Below, in pieces: positions 59,357-64,000 of a DNA stretch of 64,000 nt (positions are counted from its first letter, which is position 1; each line of letters opens with the position of its first letter). Both the position numbers and the translations under genes were made by a program. The notes beneath the pieces are model-generated. The model saw only the letters and a program-made list of their open reading frames with translations, ran no database searches and had not been told where the DNA came from. This DNA comes from the human T2T-CHM13v2.0 reference genome, Homo sapiens. The stretch lies in assembly GCF_009914755.1 (NCBI RefSeq), contig NC_060945.1. One strand, written 5' to 3'.

Positions 59357-59399
59357 CTTCGCCAGTCTAGACTTGCCCTCCATGGGTGTCAGTGGGCAC
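59357..59399 (-). other. Candidate exon (43 nt) containing an ATG
   Basis: Branch CTGAC plus tract ctctgtctctgcactgtag|GTG; donor AAG|gtaaga. Confidence 0.4.
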
Positions 59400-59481
59400 C
59401 TACAGTGCAGAGACAGAGGTCAGAGGTTCCCCAGAGCCTAACAGATGGCCAAGGGCATCTCCTTGTCCTGCAGTTACTGTC

Positions 59482-59965
59482 TGTCAGAGGCTGAATAATG
59501 GCTGCCAAAAGATAGTCACATCTGGATACCTGGAACTGTGAATGTGATGTGACATGGCAAAAAAAAAAAAGACTTTGCAGATGTGATTGAGTTAAAGATT
59601 TTAAGGTGGGGAAATTATCCCGGATTAGCCAGGTGGGCCCTAAATGGCATTGCAAGAGACCATGTGAGAGGAAGGCAGAGGAAGACTTCACTGCAGAAGA
59701 GGAGACAGCGTGGCCATGGAGGCAGAGATGAGGGCAGTGCAGCCACAAGCCCTGGAGAACACTGGTAGCCACCACAAGCTGGGAGGTGTAGGGAAGGACC
59801 TTCCCCAGAGCATCCAGAGGGACCGGCCCTGCCCACACCCTGGTTTCAGCCCAGTGAAACTGACTGTGGACGTCTGGCCTCTAGAACTGTGAGGGAATCC
59901 GTTTCTACTGTTTTAAACCACCCGTTTTGTGGTCCTTTGTCACCGCTGCTGTAGGGAACTCCTAC
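59482..59965 (+). mobile_element. MaLR LTR (MLT1C/D-like)
   Basis: GGCTGAATAATGGC..GACTTTGCAGATGTGATT..GTCTGGCCTCTAGAACTGTGAG..GTAGGGAACT. Confidence 0.82.
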
Positions 59966-60496
59966 ACCCTCTCCCATCTGGTGGCTGCGAGCCAGCAGAG
60001 CTTAGACCTGCACATGAGGCTCTCCGAGTGCACAGCCTGGGGGAGAGCCCCACCGACAGAACCGCCGCTGCCATGTCAACCTCTTGGCTTTCTGGCTCCA
60101 AATTCTGTCTCTCGGCTCTTACTTGTTGAACCAGAGCAAGAAACACAAAGAGAAAACTGACTTCTAAAACATCTGCATCCGTGTGAGGCAGGCAGACCCT
60201 TGTACTTGTAACTAACAGAAGAACAGATCCCCAGATGGGGAAAGGACTGATTTATCTGAGACGCTCGGGTGGTCGCCAATGCTAACACCGGTGCACTTCC
60301 TCCTGGCATTGTGCAATGTGTTTGTCTTGCGCTTGTGGTTTGTGATGCCTGTGTGCAGGGAGGAGCCCAGACAGGGCACATGGTCATGAGAGTGCCTCGA
60401 GAGGTGGCTTGGTCATTGTTTGGCATTTTGTCACCTGTAAACCCAGGCCAAGAGTCAACGTTGGCTGGGTGGCAATGGGGTTGTTATCAAGAATAC

Positions 60497-60861
60497 TGAC
60501 ATGGTTTGGCTCTGTGTCCCCACCCAAATCTCACCTTGTAGCTCCCATAATTCCCACATGTTGTGGGAGGGGCCCGGTGAAAGATGATTGAATCATGGGG
60601 GCGGGTCTTTCCTGTGCGGTTCTTATGATAGTGAATGGGTCTCATGAGATCTGATGGGTTTAAAAATGGGAGTTTCTCTGCACAAGCACTCTCTTTGCCT
60701 GCTGCCATCTACATAAGATGTGACTTGCTCCTCCTTGCCTTCCACCATGATTGTGAGGACTCCCCAGACATGTGGACTGTAAGTCCAATAAACCTCTTTC
60801 TTTTATAAATTGCCCAGTCTGGGGTATGTCTTTATCAGCAGCGAGAAAACTGACAAATACA
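60497..60861 (+). mobile_element. THE1A/B solo LTR with 5-bp TSD
   Basis: TGACATGGTTTGGCTCTGTGTCCCCACCCAAATCTCA..AATACA; TSD AATAC at 60492-60496 and 60862-60866. Confidence 0.93.
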
Positions 60862-61419
60862 AATACCAAGAGTAGCAGCATATCTCCAGAGGGTAGCAGT
60901 GTCCAGAATGTGCAAATGGAGTTAGCCTCAGGCCATATCGCCACCTCCACAGCCCAGCATCAGGGAACCACATCTTGGCACCTGCCATTTCCGCAGTGAG
61001 AACATCCTTCATCCAGGTTGTTATGTCACCAGCGTCTCCTTCCTTCATAATTGCACCCAATACCACCTTCTTCAGGAAGCCCACTTAGAGCAAACCCCTG
61101 CATTTTGAGAAAGGCCAAGATCATGGCTAGTGATCAGATTGAGCCTATGGCATCAAGAGGATGGGGGGTTAGCACCAGGCTCTGCCCTCGTCAGTCCCTT
61201 TACCTTCTCTGTGCTACTAGATGTGAGCAGGAAGACCAACAGGATGCACGTCCTGGAGTCAGATGTAATTCACAGAAGGCCTTGAGCACAGGGCTGGCAA
61301 ACAAGCAGTGCACAGTGGGCATCAGTCATCACCGCTGTGTCCAGCTAACTCCACCCTGAATACTCAGGGCTGGCTGGGTAGCCTCTGGGATGACCCTCGG
61401 TGATCGCCTCTCGAAATTT

Positions 61420-61815
61420 GCTTCCTTGTGTGACTCCTTCTTCATGAGTGGGGCTGGACCTGGTGACTTGCTTCTGATGGACAGAATGCATCAAGAGTAA
61501 TGGAACATCTCTGCTCTAGGTGTCAAAAACCTCTGACTTCCTTCTTGCGGGACTCTCTCTGTATGGCCTTCTCAGCTTGCTCACTTTGGTAAAGCAACAA
61601 GCTGTGTTAGATCCACATGTCGAGGAACTACACAGACAGTCTCTGGCTAACAGCCAGCAAGGAACTGAGACCCTCAGGCTCATAGAACTGGATCCTGCCA
61701 GCAACCACTAAGGAGCCTGCAGAGGGCCCCTGCTTGCTTAAAACTTCAGAAGACTGAGGCCACCACCCACTCCCTGGCTTCAACCTGGAGAGAGGCCCTG
61801 AAGAAGATTCAGCCG
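61420..61815 (+). mobile_element. MaLR LTR (MLT1F/G-like), 3'-truncated
   Basis: GGGCTGGACCTGGTGACTTGCTTCT..ACAGCCAGCAAGGAACTGAG..ATCCTGCCAGCAACCAC. Confidence 0.7.
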
Positions 61816-61817
61816 AA

Positions 61818-62126
61818 GCCGGACACTGTGGCTCATGTCTGTCATCCAAGCACTTTGGGAGGCCAGGGCGGGGAGATTGCTTGGGTCTGGTGCAACATGG
61901 CGAATCGCCATCTCTACAAAAAAATACAAAAATTAGCCAGGCGTGGTGGTGCACACCTGTAGTCCCAGCTACTCGGGAGGCTGAGGTCCCAGCCGAATCC
62001 CAGCTACTCGGGAGGCGGATCCCTTGTTCAAAAAGCATGAAGACTTTACAGATGGCGACAGCCTCTCGTTGAGCCCAGGAAGAGTCATCTGAGCCGGGGA
62101 GGTGGAGGTTGCATTGGGCCAAGACT
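61818..62126 (+). mobile_element. Internally rearranged Alu lacking a tail
   Basis: Left-arm deletion, duplicated TCCCAGCTACTCGGGAGGC, non-Alu insert at 62027-62068. Confidence 0.85.
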
Positions 62127-63279
62127 GAGCTGAGGATGGAGACAGCAGGGCTGGGCTGCTTATCCCTGAAATACAACTGGGCCTGTTCAGAAATAGCTGC
62201 TTCACCAAGACCCTCCAAGTGTTCCCCATGGGGCCTTCCCACCATCCAGCAGCTGGAGGGGGAGGTCCTGGCCCGCAGGTGTCCCTGGGAGCCTGCTCCA
62301 GCACATGGCAGTGTCCGTCTGGCTGGTGAGTGCAGGGTGCCACAAGTGGTGAGTTATTACGCATCCTACCCTGGTTAAGCAAAACAGCCACAAAAAACAT
62401 CACCAGCTCTGCCAGCCTGCGATGACCCCCACCCCATGTTAGACATACCCAGTTTGAGAACATCCTGTGTGTGAAGACCCAGTCTGACTTCTGCTCTACA
62501 CCTGGTCCCTTTAAACCTATTGTCACATGGGAGAAGACACCCTCCAGGGTACATGTTCAAGCTGGTTAGGGGGCAGAGGGCTGGGCCTTGGGCCGTGCAT
62601 GGTGGGCATGTGACCCCTGTGGTTTCCCTGCACGGCTGAGTGAGCACTCAGGGGCTGTGGCGCTGGCTGCAGGGTCACGGGCTTGGCACCTTGTTCCACT
62701 GGTCTAACCCCAGACAAGCCCACAGGAGACAGCTTGGAGTGGCTGAATATTTGAGAAAAAGAAAATCTGGCTTCTATCCCAGCTCTGCCACTAATTATTC
62801 ACATCAGTATTTGGGAAAGTCCCAGGACCTCACCAGGCAGAACTCCTGCAGCAGTAAAATGAAGACAGTTAGCTAGCTGGCACCTCACAAATCTTTCCTG
62901 GAACAGAGCCCCACCTGAGGCAGAGGAAAGCCAAGTTGCATCCTGAGTTGTCTCCTCGGAATTGAAACTGTCTTCGAAGACGTCGTGTTATCTCTGAAGG
63001 CTGTGGAATACAGTCATCCTGTTCCATAAACTGTCCATGTTTGCTTTAAAATAAAAAGAAAAGCTTGGCCCCATGACCTTGACGCTGAGAAGACATCCAG
63101 TTTGGTGGCTTGTGGTGGGGTTTCCCCAGGCTGGCCCCACACTGCCCCAGGCTCTTTCAGCCCAGCCCTTCTGTCCCTCCCCTTGGGACAAGGGGTGAAG
63201 GGGAGGGTCAAGGGCTCAACAAATGTCCCATCCTCCACTCTAGTCTGTAACTTAGGGGTCAAGAGGATGACTCCCCGGT

Positions 63280-63468
63280 ACAAGTCCCAGCTCTGTCGCC
63301 ACTGGCTGTGTGACCTCGGGCAAGTCACTTAACCTCTCTGTGCCTCTTTTTCCTCCCACAGAAAACAGAGACAATAATGACATCCACTCAGAGAGTTGTG
63401 AAGCTTAAATGAGCTGCTATGCAACACTCTTAGAACCAAGCTGGCAGGTGAGAACGTTCAGTAAGTGT
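63280..63468 (+). mobile_element. MIR
   Basis: CCCAGCTCTG..GCTGTGTGACCTCGGGCAAGTCACTTAACCTCTCTGTGCCTC. Confidence 0.9.
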
Positions 63469-63751
63469 GATGTGCGTTTTGGTTCCTTCTTCCTCCAAAA
63501 TCTCTTTCCCTCCTTCCTCCCCTGTGATCACCGCTGCCTTTAAACTCAAAGAGTCATTTCTCTTCCATTTTTATTTTACCTTTCCCCAATTTTCTTCTCT
63601 CCTTACTTTCTCTCCCTCTTTTTTGTTCTATTTGTGATGTGAAAATGATCCCCGGGGCTGGCGCTCTATATGGAAAGCCTCAAGGTCACACGCCCTTGAC
63701 TACTGGGCCCCAAGTCCAGGAACATGGCCTTCCCAGTCATCAGGAGCTCAC

Positions 63752-63876
63752 CTCGAACACTGCGTGCAGCGTGGGGGCACGTCGGTGAGAGAGAGGGGGT
63801 GAGAGGGAGGGGTGGGCACGTCGGTGAGAGGGAGGGGGTGAGAGGGAGGGGTGACCTCCTCCGGGAAGCTTCCTTT
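63752..63876 (-). other. Candidate exon (125 nt)
   Basis: Acceptor attccctgcatctccctag|AAA and donor GAG|gtgagc. Confidence 0.35.
63775..63852. repeat. 39-bp tandem duplication
   Basis: GGGCACGTCGGTGAGAGRGAGGGGGTGAGAGGGAGGGGT twice (63775 and 63814), 1 mismatch. Confidence 0.95.
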
Positions 63877-64000
63877 CTAGGGAGATGCAGGGAATTGGGG
63901 GTGGGCAATACTCAGAGATCATCAAAATATACCACTAAGTAATGTATATGTTCGTATGTCGTGCGGCTCCTGTGTGCCATGGAGGCTTGGCACACATTGT

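Noticed and set aside
60750-60775. Possible PRDM9 hotspot motif in THE1
   Set aside because: Reads GGACTCCCCAGACAT, not CCTCCCTNNCCAC
63971-63996. 9-bp-stem hairpin TGTGTGCCA/TGGCACACA
   Set aside because: Too short for a miRNA precursor and expected by chance in 64 kb

Overview
Primate, almost certainly human, euchromatic genomic DNA: it carries a near-consensus AluYb8, a human-specific subfamily. Roughly half or more of the window is interspersed repeat. This includes about 30 Alu copies or fragments, L1s from ancient L1M to young L1PA2-like, solo LTRs (MLT1, THE1, MLT2A, LTR33, MER57, LTR2, other ERV1), MIR and MER5/MER53, plus several simple and tandem repeats. I recognise no protein-coding gene, tRNA, rRNA, snRNA, CRISPR array or prokaryotic system. 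Nearly all long ORFs in the track are read through Alu, L1 or low-complexity repeats. The most interesting signals are: (i) a chain of minus-strand candidate exons at 55-64 kb that splice into one open frame; (ii) unusual retrotransposition or rearrangement scars, including a poly(A)-signal-bearing fragment fused head-to-head to a half Alu, a scrambled Alu, a collapsed inverted Alu pair and a twin-primed L1; (iii) a higher-order minisatellite grown inside an LTR; (iv) young, possibly polymorphic insertions; (v) compact transcription-factor motif clusters. Repeat subfamily names come from recalled consensus sequences, and boundaries without TSDs are approximate. I found no convincing evidence of a wholly new biological system.
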